Positions 50,121-60,086 of a stretch of 61,494 bases of DNA are shown here, one piece after another (within the stretch, counting starts at the first letter, position 1; each line of letters opens with the position of its first letter). Location of the stretch: assembly GCA_949286465.1 (NCBI GenBank), contig CASECI010000011.1, forward strand, positions 1 through 61,494, written 5' to 3'. Origin of the DNA: an uncultured Alphaproteobacteria bacterium (GTDB taxonomy: Bacteria; Pseudomonadota; Alphaproteobacteria; CAAHEQ01; UBA3637). Made by a program: the position numbers and the translations under genes. The notes beneath the pieces are model-generated. The model was not told where the DNA came from. It did no database searches and worked only from the letters and a program-made list of their open reading frames with translations.

Positions 50121-51851
50121 ATGCGTATGAGTCGTCTCGTTGGTCGTCGGCATAAAGAAAAGCCAGCCGAAGCCACTCTAATCAGCCACATTTATCTTTT
50201 ACGCGGTGGATATATTCGCCCCGTGGCAAATGGGATTTACTCTATGCTCCCCCCTGCTTTTCGTGTCGCAGCTAAAATTGAAAACATCATTCGTGAAGAG
50301 ATGAACGCGATTGATGGGCAGGAAATTAAAATGCCAGTTGTCCTCCCTCGAGAGCTGTGGGATGAAACAAAACGCTATGATACAGTCGGAGCAGAACTCC
50401 TTCGATTTGAAGACAGAACAAAACATGGTATGTTGTTAGCTATGACACATGAAGAAGCTGTGACTGCTCTTGCCAGAACAGAAGCAACGAGTTATAAAGA
50501 TTACCCTTTCATGCTTTATCAGATTCAAACAAAATTCCGTGATGAAGCACGCTCTCGCGGCGGACTAATTCGTGTTCGTGAATTCACGATGAAAGATGCT
50601 TATTCTTTCCATCGAACACAAGAAGATTTAGATGCTTATTATGATCGTTGTGCAAAAGCTTATCATCGGATTTATGCTCGCTGTGGCGTTCCAGAAGTTG
50701 TCTCTATTCAATCAGACACAGGAATGATGGGTGGAAAAGTTGCTCATGAATATATGCTTTTGACAGACAGCGGTGAAGATAAAATCGCACAATGTCCTGA
50801 ATGTGGTTATCTTGCTAATTTCGAAGTTGCAACATCTATTCTACCAGAGACACAAAAAGAAGAATTAAAACCTTTAGAAGAAGTCTCGACACCTGGAACT
50901 TCAACCATTCAAGATTTAGCTCAATTCTTAAATTTACCAGAATCAAAACTAGCAAAAGTTGTTTTCTATATTACAGAAAGCAAAAAAATGGTAACAGTTA
51001 TGATTCGTGGAGATATTGAAGTCAATGAAACGAAACTTGCTAAAGTTTTAAAAGAACCTTTTGCATTTGCGAATGATGCTGAGATCGGAGCAATTGGTGG
51101 CGTTCCAGGATATGCAAGCGGAATGGGCCTCAAAAATTGCATTGTCGTTGTTGATAAATCTATTTCAACTGCGCCAAACTTAGTTTGCGGAGCAAATAAG
51201 AAAGATACCCACTTATTAAACTTTAACGTATCAAGAGACCTCCCCGATGCTATTATTGCAGATATAGCAACCGTTAAAGAAGGTGATATTTGTCCTGTCT
51301 GTAAAAAAGGTCATATCAAAATGCAACGAGGGATAGAAGTTGGAAATATATTTAAGCTAGGAACTTTCTATACTCAAAGTATGCATATGACATATGCTGA
51401 TGAAAACGGAACAGAACAAACACCTATTATGGGATGCTATGGCATTGGCGTTGGTCGTCTAGTTGGAAGTGTTATCGAAGCAAAACATGATGATTTTGGG
51501 CCAATCTGGCCGATGACAATAGCTCCATGGCAAGTTCAACTTAATGTTCTTCAAATGGATAAAGGCAATACACAATCTGTGGCAGAGCAAATTTATCAGG
51601 AGTTAGAAAAAGCTGGATTAGAAGTTCTTTTTGATGATCGTAATTTATCTCCGGGAGCTCAATTTGCTGAAGCAGATTTAATGGGTATCCCTCTACGGCT
51701 CGTCATTAGCCCTCGGAATATCGAAAAAGGTGAAGTTGAATATAAAGTTCGAGGGACAGACGAAAAAGGCTTCATTCCTTTATCAGAAATCACTTCTTTC
51801 GCTCAAAACTTTGTAAAAAAAGAAATAGAAAGAATAAATGCAATAGCTTAA
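50121..51851 (+). CDS. proS: Proline--tRNA ligase (long form with editing insertion)
   Basis: THEE, YQIQTKFRDE.R.RGGLIRVREF.MKDAYSF, CGANK, GIEVGNIF, MGCYGIGVGR. Confidence 0.96.
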   Translation: MRMSRLVGRRHKEKPAEATLISHIYLLRGGYIRPVANGIYSMLPPAFRVAAKIENIIREEMNAIDGQEIKMPVVLPRELWDETKRYDTVGAELLRFEDRTKHGMLLAMTHEEAVTALARTEATSYKDYPFMLYQIQTKFRDEARSRGGLIRVREFTMKDAYSFHRTQEDLDAYYDRCAKAYHRIYARCGVPEVVSIQSDTGMMGGKVAHEYMLLTDSGEDKIAQCPECGYLANFEVATSILPETQKEELKPLEEVSTPGTSTIQDLAQFLNLPESKLAKVVFYITESKKMVTVMIRGDIEVNETKLAKVLKEPFAFANDAEIGAIGGVPGYASGMGLKNCIVVVDKSISTAPNLVCGANKKDTHLLNFNVSRDLPDAIIADIATVKEGDICPVCKKGHIKMQRGIEVGNIFKLGTFYTQSMHMTYADENGTEQTPIMGCYGIGVGRLVGSVIEAKHDDFGPIWPMTIAPWQVQLNVLQMDKGNTQSVAEQIYQELEKAGLEVLFDDRNLSPGAQFAEADLMGIPLRLVISPRNIEKGEVEYKVRGTDEKGFIPLSEITSFAQNFVKKEIERINAIA

Positions 51852-51878
51852 AAAAAGGGGTTTAAAACCCCTTTTTTT
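51850..51878. terminator. Bidirectional terminator
   Basis: AAAAAAGGGGT-ttaaa-ACCCCTTTTTT. Confidence 0.85.
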
Positions 51879-53550
51879 AACGCGTTAAAGGTTTATATTT
51901 AATCCGATGCGGCTGGTCAGCCTCGGCGCCTAAACGCCGACGTTTATCTGCCTCATATTCTTCATAGTTTCCTTCAAACCAAACAACTTGACTATCTCCT
52001 TCAAAAGCTAAAATATGTGTGGCAAGTCTATCTAAAAACCACCGATCATGTGAAGTAATAACAGCACAACCTGGAAAATCCATCAAAGCTTCTTCTAAGG
52101 CACGCAATGTATCAACATCCAAATCATTGGTTGGTTCATCTAATAAGATGACATTAGCCCCTTGTTTGAGCATTTTAGCTAAATGGACACGATTTCTTTC
52201 TCCGCCTGATAACTGCCCAACCTTCTTTTGTTGATCCGCGCCTTTAAAATTGAACTGTGCGACATAAGACCGAGATTGAACCTCTCTTTTTCCTAATTGA
52301 ATAATATCTTTTCCATCAGAAATTTCTTGCCAAACTGTATTATTCGGATTTAAAGAGTCTCTCGACTGATCAACATAGCCTAACTCTACCGTCTCTCCCA
52401 AACGGAAAGTACCTGCATCTGGCTTTTCTTGCCCTGTAATAATTCTCATAAGCGTTGTTTTACCCGCCCCATTAGGACCAATAACACCGACAATGCCTCC
52501 TGGCGGTAAATTAAATGTTAAATCATCAAATAACAACTTATCTCCAAATGCTTTCCTTAAGTGTTCTGCTTGTATGACAACATCTCCTAAGCGTTCTCCA
52601 GCTGGAATAATAATCTGTGCTGTTGTCGGAGCTTTCTCTCCAGCTTTTTTGACAAGTTCATCATAAGCTGCAATACGTGCTTTAGACTTTGCTTGACGTG
52701 CTTTCGGCGATTGACGTATCCATTCTAATTCTTCTTTCATTGTCCTTTGGCGAGCATTTTCTTCTCTTTCTTCTTGAGCTAACCGTTTCTCTTTTTGCTC
52801 TAACCAAGAAGAATAATTTCCTTCATAAGGAATACCTTCACCTCTATCTAATTCCAAAATCCATCCTGTTACATTATCCAAGAAATATCGATCATGCGTT
52901 ACCATCACGACTGTTCCTGAATAGTCTTTTAAAAATCGTTGTAGCCACTCAACACTTTCTGCATCTAAGTGATTTGTCGGCTCATCTAGTAAAAGCAAGT
53001 CCGGATGAGACAATAAAAGACGACATAAAGCAACACGACGTTTTTCTCCGCCTGATAACTTCGTCACATTCCAATCTCCAGGAGGACATCTTAAGGCATC
53101 CATTGCTATTTCTATTGTTCTTTCTAATTCCCACCCATTACAAGCATCTATTTTTTCTTGTAATTCTGCCTGTTCCGCAAGAAGAGCATCCATATCTGCG
53201 TCTGGGTCAGCAAATTTCATATTAACTTCATCAAAACGTTTAAGTAAGTCTCTCGTTTGAGCTACACCATCCATCACATTTTCCATGACTGTTTTAGAAG
53301 CATCTAATTGAGGCTCTTGAGGAAGATATCCGACACTAACCCCTTCAGCCGCCCAAGCTTCACCTCTAAAATCTGTGTCCAATCCTGCCATAATCTTTAG
53401 TAAAGTTGATTTTCCTGCTCCATTAGGCCCTAATACCCCTATTTTAGCTCCAGGGAAAAATGACAACCAAATATTTTTCAAAACCTCTTTACCGCCAGGC
53501 CATGTCTTGCACAAATCTTTCATTACATAAATATATTGATATGACGCCAT
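51877..53550 (-). CDS. ettA: Energy-dependent translational throttle protein (ABC-F)
   Basis: [10 protein letters not shown], two ABC domains, [20 protein letters not shown]; start ATG 53550. Confidence 0.96.
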   Translation of the reverse strand: MASYQYIYVMKDLCKTWPGGKEVLKNIWLSFFPGAKIGVLGPNGAGKSTLLKIMAGLDTDFRGEAWAAEGVSVGYLPQEPQLDASKTVMENVMDGVAQTRDLLKRFDEVNMKFADPDADMDALLAEQAELQEKIDACNGWELERTIEIAMDALRCPPGDWNVTKLSGGEKRRVALCRLLLSHPDLLLLDEPTNHLDAESVEWLQRFLKDYSGTVVMVTHDRYFLDNVTGWILELDRGEGIPYEGNYSSWLEQKEKRLAQEEREENARQRTMKEELEWIRQSPKARQAKSKARIAAYDELVKKAGEKAPTTAQIIIPAGERLGDVVIQAEHLRKAFGDKLLFDDLTFNLPPGGIVGVIGPNGAGKTTLMRIITGQEKPDAGTFRLGETVELGYVDQSRDSLNPNNTVWQEISDGKDIIQLGKREVQSRSYVAQFNFKGADQQKKVGQLSGGERNRVHLAKMLKQGANVILLDEPTNDLDVDTLRALEEALMDFPGCAVITSHDRWFLDRLATHILAFEGDSQVVWFEGNYEEYEADKRRRLGAEADQPHRIKYKPLTR

Positions 53551-53655
53551 ATTATTCTCCTTTGTTTTTCTCAACATTACCAAAAACAAACGAAAAGGCA
53601 AGGAATTATTGAAAAATACGCTTAAAACTGATATAATAAATGAAGGAGGTATTTT

Positions 53656-54354
53656 ATGTCTGATACTATTTCCTCAAAAGCATCTATTATTAATTTAGCT
53701 GAAAGACTTCCTTGTACAGATGGTATCCATAAATTTTATTATCCATCTGGACAACTTATGTTAGAATATCATGCTTCTAACGGCAAATTAAATGGACCAT
53801 CTGCCTATTACGATGAAGATGGTTCTCTTATTCATAAGGAAAACTACAAGGATGATTTATTGGATGGGATAGCTATAAATAAACAATATTTTAAAACAGA
53901 AGGAATTTGGTGGGAAATCCCTTTTCAAAACAATCTCCGTCACGGTTTAGTTCGTAAATATGACAAAGATAATCAGCTGTTAGCTGAATATTCATATCAA
54001 AATGGATTATTACAGGGCTCTGTCAAAACATATCAAAATGGTATTTTAAAATATGATCAAACATATTTTATGGGCAAACGAAATGGCATAACAACACTAT
54101 ATATTGATGGCATTAAAAGAGGCGAAACAACTTATAAAAATGATGTGCGAGAAGGGATAGAAAGAGATTATGATCCAAATGGCAATCTTTTCTCAACACG
54201 TTATTATAAAAATGATTTGCTAGACGGAATCGAACGTACATTCGAAACGGGCATACGTTTTGAAGACATGTATGAAAAAGGTATCCATATCTGGAGCAAA
54301 GTTTATCAAGATGATACGCTTATTAAGGAAACTTATTTCACAAATAAAAAATAA
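53656..54354 (+). CDS. MORN-variant repeat (YwqK-like) protein
   Basis: Repeated YxNGxLxG..xYxxNG units; AAGGAGG SD. Confidence 0.85.
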   Translation: MSDTISSKASIINLAERLPCTDGIHKFYYPSGQLMLEYHASNGKLNGPSAYYDEDGSLIHKENYKDDLLDGIAINKQYFKTEGIWWEIPFQNNLRHGLVRKYDKDNQLLAEYSYQNGLLQGSVKTYQNGILKYDQTYFMGKRNGITTLYIDGIKRGETTYKNDVREGIERDYDPNGNLFSTRYYKNDLLDGIERTFETGIRFEDMYEKGIHIWSKVYQDDTLIKETYFTNKK

Positions 54355-54361
54355 GTCCTCT

Positions 54362-54814
54362 CTAGATACCCGTTGATCCGAACTTACCCACTCCCCGTTC
54401 TGTTTCATTCACAGAAGAAACCTCTTCTATTTGAGGGTGGATAACAGGGCAAATAACCATTTGTGCGATTCTATCCCCAGGCTGGATAACGAAATCCTCA
54501 TCTCCTGTATTCAACAAAATCGTCATAATTTCTCCACGATATCCCCAATCAACTGTTCCAGGCGTATTGACAACCATAATACCTTTCTTTGCTGCCAGCC
54601 CCGAGCGAGGGCGAATTTGTATCTCGTAATTTGATGTATCTGCTTCCATTTCACATTGGATTCCGTTTGGAATAATAGCTCGTTTCCCTGAAGGAATAAC
54701 GATCGGTTCTTTTATAGCCGCTCTTAAATCCATCCCAGAATCTCCTGGCTTTGCATAAGCTAATCTATTCCACTCTTTTAAATATGTTTCTAAATAACAA
54801 ACTTTTAATTTCAT
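54362..54814 (-). CDS. dut: dUTP diphosphatase
   Basis: SGMDL, RPRSGLA, NTPGTVDWGYRGE, GDRIAQ, RGVGKFGSTG. Confidence 0.96.
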   Translation of the reverse strand: MKLKVCYLETYLKEWNRLAYAKPGDSGMDLRAAIKEPIVIPSGKRAIIPNGIQCEMEADTSNYEIQIRPRSGLAAKKGIMVVNTPGTVDWGYRGEIMTILLNTGDEDFVIQPGDRIAQMVICPVIHPQIEEVSSVNETERGVGKFGSTGI

Positions 54815-54939
54815 ATTATCTCCTTTTTGTTTGATTTTAACCAAAAAGCCACCCAAAAGCAAGCCATTCAAGCATAAACTTGATTTTTTCAACAAATTTG
54901 TATATATTTATCTTCCCTTTTTATTTTAGGAGATTTAAA

Positions 54940-55404
54940 ATGACAAAAAATCTTTCCAGTTTCTTTCGTGAGGAAGAGTATTCTGGAAAAAAATATCTCA
55001 GCTGTGCAATTGAATTACCAATCCTATTTACTCAGCTGACCAATGCAGGCCTTGCCGAAGTGAAGTATCAATCATTCGACACAAAAGACCCCCTGACAAT
55101 TATTCAGCTAAAAGAAGATATTCTATTACCAATCCCTCTGCGTAGAGATGAAAATAAGAGCGTCTTTGAAAAAGGTGTCTATTTGTCTTTACACCCAAAG
55201 AAAGATGGCTCTTATGGATTTTCTTATTTTTATGAAGATGTTTATCAATTGTGGCTCGCTGATAAATTGTTATCTCAAAACATACAAAAAGAACTCCAAC
55301 AAATTACGCAAAAAAATATCGAACCCCCTAAAAAAATATCCAAATATAGTTCTCGCGTTAAATCTTTTTGTCGTTGGATAAATGTTTTTACGCATAGCAG
55401 ATAA
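54940..55404 (+). CDS. Hypothetical protein
   Basis: AGGAG SD before ATG 54940; no motif recognised. Confidence 0.65.
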   Translation: MTKNLSSFFREEEYSGKKYLSCAIELPILFTQLTNAGLAEVKYQSFDTKDPLTIIQLKEDILLPIPLRRDENKSVFEKGVYLSLHPKKDGSYGFSYFYEDVYQLWLADKLLSQNIQKELQQITQKNIEPPKKISKYSSRVKSFCRWINVFTHSR

Positions 55405-55490
55405 TTTTGTACAAAATTCTATACAAAACTATTTACTTTGATTAAAAAATCTGGTATGATACTCTTATCATCAATTTTAAGGGAAATATT

Positions 55491-56246
55491 ATGAGCACAA
55501 AATTTCTTTCTGCCAAAAAAAATTATATTCATAAAAGTATAAATAATGTTGAACATATCATGCTTCTTCATGACAATAACATTGGTCTAATTGATGCAAT
55601 AAAAGAAGTCAGCAATGCCAATGAAATTTTAAAAGCTGGAAGTTTACCTCGTTTACCTAAAAGAATCATTCGTGTCCAGAAAGCCATCTCTTTTAAAACA
55701 CGGGGGACATTAATTACTGCACAACCTGGTGACTACATTGCTGCTTACAAACGTGCAAATGATACGTCTGGCGATTATTATATTGCTAAAATTCCCCCTC
55801 AAGTTGTTGCTATGGCTTTGATGCGATATACAAATTTGATGAAAAAATCTACTGAAAAAGAAAAGAATCATTTATTCGACTTACCGACAAGCCCCATTTT
55901 AGAAACAACCTTTTACGGTGTTATACACATGGGTAATGCCGATATTTTATATGACAATATGAATGGAAAAACAGCTCTGAAAAAAATTATTCGCGTCTAT
56001 AAAGAGACTCCTATACGAACCTGTGCAACAGATAACACACAAAAATCTTACACACAGAAAATTCGGCCCGGCCAAATTTTAGCCCTTATCCAAAACCAAC
56101 GTGGAGGATATAATTTAGGTTTTATTTTGCCTGAAGATTTAACTTCTATTAAAGCTTACTATAGACATCAAGAACGTTTATTAGAAAAACAAAATCTGTT
56201 AAAACGCCTTATTTCAGCTTCTCAAAGACAAAGAAGCGCAAGTTAA
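55491..56246 (+). CDS. Hypothetical basic protein with internal two-fold repeat
   Basis: KRIIRVQKAISFKT..QPGDYIA vs KKIIRVYKETPIRT..RPGQILA. Confidence 0.7.
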   Translation: MSTKFLSAKKNYIHKSINNVEHIMLLHDNNIGLIDAIKEVSNANEILKAGSLPRLPKRIIRVQKAISFKTRGTLITAQPGDYIAAYKRANDTSGDYYIAKIPPQVVAMALMRYTNLMKKSTEKEKNHLFDLPTSPILETTFYGVIHMGNADILYDNMNGKTALKKIIRVYKETPIRTCATDNTQKSYTQKIRPGQILALIQNQRGGYNLGFILPEDLTSIKAYYRHQERLLEKQNLLKRLISASQRQRSAS

Positions 56247-56321
56247 TGCATTATTTTTCAAAAAAGACTTTACTTTTTAAAAAAAATGCGTATGTTATGA
56301 GGTAAAGGCTACTAGCTTCAT

Positions 56322-56410
56322 GCGGATATGGCGGAACTGGTAGACGCAACAGACTTAAAATCTGTTGGGACTTTGCTCCCGTGCCGGTTCGATTCCGGCT
56401 TTCCGCACCA
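56322..56410 (+). tRNA. tRNA-Leu (TAA)
   Basis: ACAGA-CTTAAAA-TCTGT anticodon arm, long variable arm, GCCGGTTCGATTCCGGC, CCA end; terminator 56412-56442. Confidence 0.93.
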
Positions 56411-56516
56411 TAAAAAAACCTGTTCTAAAAACAGGTTTTTTTATTTTATAAAATTCTTTTTTTTCTCACAATAAAATCCCATCTATCACAGATTATTAAG
56501 AAGATTAAAATAATTC

Positions 56517-56547
56517 TTGACTTAGAGTAAACTCTAAAATGTATCCT
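56517..56547 (+). promoter_or_regulatory. MerR-family-type promoter/operator
   Basis: TTGACT-19 nt-TATCCT with TTAGAGT-aa-ACTCTAA dyad in the spacer. Confidence 0.75.
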
Positions 56548-56581
56548 TTAAAAGATGCTTTATAAAACACAGGAGGACATT

Positions 56582-57601
56582 ATGAAATTAATTTTATTTT
56601 TGATCCCTTTACTCTTGATATCATTTGTTATCATGACTTATTGTTGTACACATTCTTGGGACAAAACCTTTCCAAAAAGCAATAAAGTCATTGTAAAAAA
56701 AATTTCTTTTCCGAATAGATATGGTATTCAGTTAACAGGTGATTTATATATCCCTAGAAATAAACTGGACAGTAAATTACCTGCCATAGCTATCAGTGGG
56801 CCATTTGGAGCAGTCAAAGAACAAGCTTCTGGGTTATATGCACAGACCCTTGCTGAACAAGGTTTTATTACATTAGCTTTTGATCCTTCTTATACAGGAG
56901 AAAGTAGCGGAACACCAAGACATGTAGCATCACCAGATATTAACACTGAAGACTTTAGCGCTGCGGTAGATTATCTCATCACCCTACCTGAAGTCGATTC
57001 GAATAAAATAGGCATTCTTGGTATTTGCGGCTTTGGTGGATTTGCGTTGAATGCTGCTGCTAATGATCCAAGAATTAAAGCAACTGTAACTGCGACAATG
57101 TATGATATGAGCCGTGTCAATGCGAATGGATATTTTGACAGTCTTACTCAAGACAAAAGATACCTGTTGAGAGAAGAATTAAATAATCAAAGAACAGAAG
57201 ATTTTAAAAACAAAAAATATGCGATTGCTCAAGGTCTTCCCGACAAATTGACCGGCGAAGAGCCTCAATTTGTAAAAGATTATTTTGGATACTATAAAAC
57301 GAAAAGAGGATATCATAAAAGATCCATTAACTCGACAAGTGGATGGAATAAAACATCTGCTCTATCATTTATCAATATGCCGATTTTATCTTATATTTCA
57401 GAAATAAGGTCACCAGTATTACTCATCCATGGCGAAAAAGCTCACAGCCGCTACTTTAGCGAAGATGCATATAAGAAGTTAACTGGAAAAAATAAAGAAC
57501 TTCTTATTATCCCTGAAGCAAATCATGTAGACCTTTATGATAACTTCAATAAGATTCCCTTCAAAAAAATCGTTGATTTTTACTCTACGAATCTCAAATA
57601 A
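56582..57601 (+). CDS. Alpha/beta hydrolase (YcjY-like, Cys nucleophile)
   Basis: GPFGAVKEQASG, FDPSYTGESSG, GICGFGG, HVDLYD; AGGAGG SD. Confidence 0.9.
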   Translation: MKLILFLIPLLLISFVIMTYCCTHSWDKTFPKSNKVIVKKISFPNRYGIQLTGDLYIPRNKLDSKLPAIAISGPFGAVKEQASGLYAQTLAEQGFITLAFDPSYTGESSGTPRHVASPDINTEDFSAAVDYLITLPEVDSNKIGILGICGFGGFALNAAANDPRIKATVTATMYDMSRVNANGYFDSLTQDKRYLLREELNNQRTEDFKNKKYAIAQGLPDKLTGEEPQFVKDYFGYYKTKRGYHKRSINSTSGWNKTSALSFINMPILSYISEIRSPVLLIHGEKAHSRYFSEDAYKKLTGKNKELLIIPEANHVDLYDNFNKIPFKKIVDFYSTNLK

Positions 57602-57620
57602 AAATATAAAGGCAAAGTAT

Positions 57621-58202
57621 CTACTTTGCCTTTTTTAATGTTAAATAAATAATTCCTCTTTTTGCTAGATGTGTTAATCCGTCTCGTTTATAGGGCTTTA
57701 ATGTTAAATCTTTAACTTCAAACGTCGTTTCAATTTTATCCCAAAATTTTAAAATATGAGTATTTTTAGTAATAATACGAGGTACATTCCAATGATCTCC
57801 CTCGACAAAATTATGATATCTCATAATACAAGCTTGACGCGGTTGATTAAAGAAAACTTCTACTTCCTCTAATAAAGGCGCTATTTTTATTTTCTTTCGA
57901 TAAAAAGGATATGAATATTGTAAATCATATCCATAGTACTTACGCAAGTACACAGAGGCCTCTTTTAATAAATTATCCATTAGAGGATAATCTGTACCAG
58001 ATGTTAGAACTGTCATAAAATAATCTTTCTCATATAAATAGGTCATAAGATGTTGATAAAAATGACACCCCCGTTCATAACTAAACCGGATATTCTCGTC
58101 ATTTAACAATAATCTAGAGGCATTAATAATAGCATAAACAGCACAGAAAAAATCAATCGTCCCTTGATGATAAGCTTGCATAACTTGCATCATATTCTCC
58201 AA
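57621..58202 (-). CDS. Putative papain/C39-like cysteine peptidase-fold protein
   Basis: QGTIDFFCAVYAIINA...DHWNV...KFWD: Q/C/H/D in papain-fold order. Confidence 0.55.
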   Translation of the reverse strand: MENMMQVMQAYHQGTIDFFCAVYAIINASRLLLNDENIRFSYERGCHFYQHLMTYLYEKDYFMTVLTSGTDYPLMDNLLKEASVYLRKYYGYDLQYSYPFYRKKIKIAPLLEEVEVFFNQPRQACIMRYHNFVEGDHWNVPRIITKNTHILKFWDKIETTFEVKDLTLKPYKRDGLTHLAKRGIIYLTLKKAK

Positions 58203-58253
58203 TAAAAGAAATTTAACAAATATGCTACTTACGCAATAAGAAGTAGCGAACAG

Positions 58254-58517
58254 TTAATAGAATAAAATGCAACGTCGCTCGAGACATTCTAGTAATGTTT
58301 TACATTTCCAGAAAAGAAATGTAAAGCCCGTTTTATGCAGCTGATCCACACTTAACGGCATTACTAAAAAATCTCCTAAAAAAGGGCATGGCTTTAAGAT
58401 TTCTCTTTGAATACACTTTACTTTCATTAAACGCAAATAAGAAAAATATCCAAATTTTTTTTGAAAATTTGGACAGAGACGCATTAAATAAAAGTATTGT
58501 ACAAACTTAAAACCCAT
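58254..58517 (-). CDS. Possible small hypothetical protein
   Basis: AAGGA SD before ATG 58517; fills the gap between fadL-like gene and peptidase-like gene. Confidence 0.35.
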   Translation of the reverse strand: MGFKFVQYFYLMRLCPNFQKKFGYFSYLRLMKVKCIQREILKPCPFLGDFLVMPLSVDQLHKTGFTFLFWKCKTLLECLERRCILFY

Positions 58518-58624
58518 TAATACAAATCCTTTATTTCCTATCAATGGGTCGAAATAATATCATAAAAACATAAGAAAATCAACAGGTAAATAAAAAGGCC
58601 CCGATTAAGAGGCCTTCTCATAAA

Positions 58625-59896
58625 TTAAAATACATACTGAACCTGCATGCCTACGAGATTGGCCTGCATATTGTACTTTGCATCTAATGTAGACCCTGAA
58701 GCATAATTATATGTTTTAGAGGATTTAACAAACATATGAGAGTAAGCTAAATCAATTTGTAAATTTTCATACGTATAGCTGACTCCGACTGATGTCCACC
58801 ACCTATTATTATCTGGGATACGAGCGGTACGATACTGAGCATCTTTGACTGGAGATTCATCGAATGCAATTCCTGTTCTAAAGGTCCAGTTATCATTATG
58901 ATAATAATCTAGTCCTACACCTAACATCCAAACATTTTCCCATTTTTCTGGAGTGGAGCTGACACCGTCTTGCATATTAGGTGAATAAATATCTAATGTG
59001 TCGAAACGACTCCAACGAGTCCATTTCGCAGAAGCGGAAAGACCGATTTTATCAATTCGATGATAAGCGGACAATAAAACATATTCTGGCAATGTTATCT
59101 TAGCTCGTCCAACGTAAGAACCATTTTGGAAAGGTAAATTCATCCCTGGAATATTTGGCATATTAGAACCAGAAACTGTTTGTTTTCCTTTTAAATGGTG
59201 AGAGACTTTAGATCTATATGACACGCCAAAACGAGTATCTTCATTAGGTTTGTACATGAAGCCAAGAGTATATCCATAAGACCAATCATCGCCTTCTACT
59301 TTGTTATAACCGCCTAGAGGCAATCCACTTGCTGTTTGAGGTAAATCATTTGTTAATTTTGCATCTGCACGCTCAGCGAAGACAGAACCTCCCACTGTAA
59401 ATTGCTCTGTAACTTTATACGAAAGCGCCGGCGCCACATCCATTACCCCAATATAAGATTTCAAAGCATGGGTTCGACCGAACCAATTTTCATTATAAAT
59501 CGTTGATAACCCGTATGGCGCATAAACACCTAACCCAAAATTCATCTTATCATTGATTTGTCCTTGAGCAAAGAAATGAGGAATCCAACTTCTTAAAGAA
59601 ATATCACCTTCTTCGCCTTGATGGATACCTCCATTTATCGTTTCACCAGCCACATCAGCCTTAATCATGACTAGCGTCATACCAGCTTGCATACCGTTTT
59701 GTCGTAAACTCATACCTGCAGGATTAAACGCAATAGCAGAAAAATCATCTCCGACTACACCCGCACCATTAAAAGCACGGCCTAAGTTAGTAATACTGTA
59801 CTCTGATAGTTGAAAGCCCGCTGAAAAAGCTTGCGTAGACAAACTTAAAAAAGCAAAGCCAAAGAAAGTTTTCTTTATTAAACTTTTATTTAACAT
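58625..59896 (-). CDS. FadL/OmpP1 outer-membrane transporter
   Basis: AFS|AGFQLSE, LGRAFNG, NPAGM, APYGL, RIPD, C-terminal YVF. Confidence 0.92.
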   Translation of the reverse strand: MLNKSLIKKTFFGFAFLSLSTQAFSAGFQLSEYSITNLGRAFNGAGVVGDDFSAIAFNPAGMSLRQNGMQAGMTLVMIKADVAGETINGGIHQGEEGDISLRSWIPHFFAQGQINDKMNFGLGVYAPYGLSTIYNENWFGRTHALKSYIGVMDVAPALSYKVTEQFTVGGSVFAERADAKLTNDLPQTASGLPLGGYNKVEGDDWSYGYTLGFMYKPNEDTRFGVSYRSKVSHHLKGKQTVSGSNMPNIPGMNLPFQNGSYVGRAKITLPEYVLLSAYHRIDKIGLSASAKWTRWSRFDTLDIYSPNMQDGVSSTPEKWENVWMLGVGLDYYHNDNWTFRTGIAFDESPVKDAQYRTARIPDNNRWWTSVGVSYTYENLQIDLAYSHMFVKSSKTYNYASGSTLDAKYNMQANLVGMQVQYVF

Positions 59897-60086
59897 AATC
59901 ATCCTCATATATAAAAAAAGACACACATTTATATGTAATCTTCTTTTAAAAATCAACTTTCAATGTCCATTTTAAGCAATTTGTCATAATAGTGTCTTAA
60001 TTCGAAAAAAATACAAAAAGAGCCTTGATTCTTTTTTTAATCTATGCAAGATATATTCTGCTAAACATTTTATAAGGAGAAAAAAA

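Noticed and set aside
53656-54354. YwqK-like protein as antitoxin of a toxin-antitoxin pair
   Set aside because: Neighbours are ettA and dut with no adjacent toxin; MORN-variant repeats alone do not imply immunity.
42485-56410. Prophage or island integration at the three tRNAs
   Set aside because: No duplicated tRNA 3' ends or integrase noticed by eye.
56322-56410. tRNA-Leu as a pseudogene because of a U-U mismatch in the acceptor stem
   Set aside because: A single mismatch with intact arms, CCA end and terminator is tolerated in functional tRNAs.
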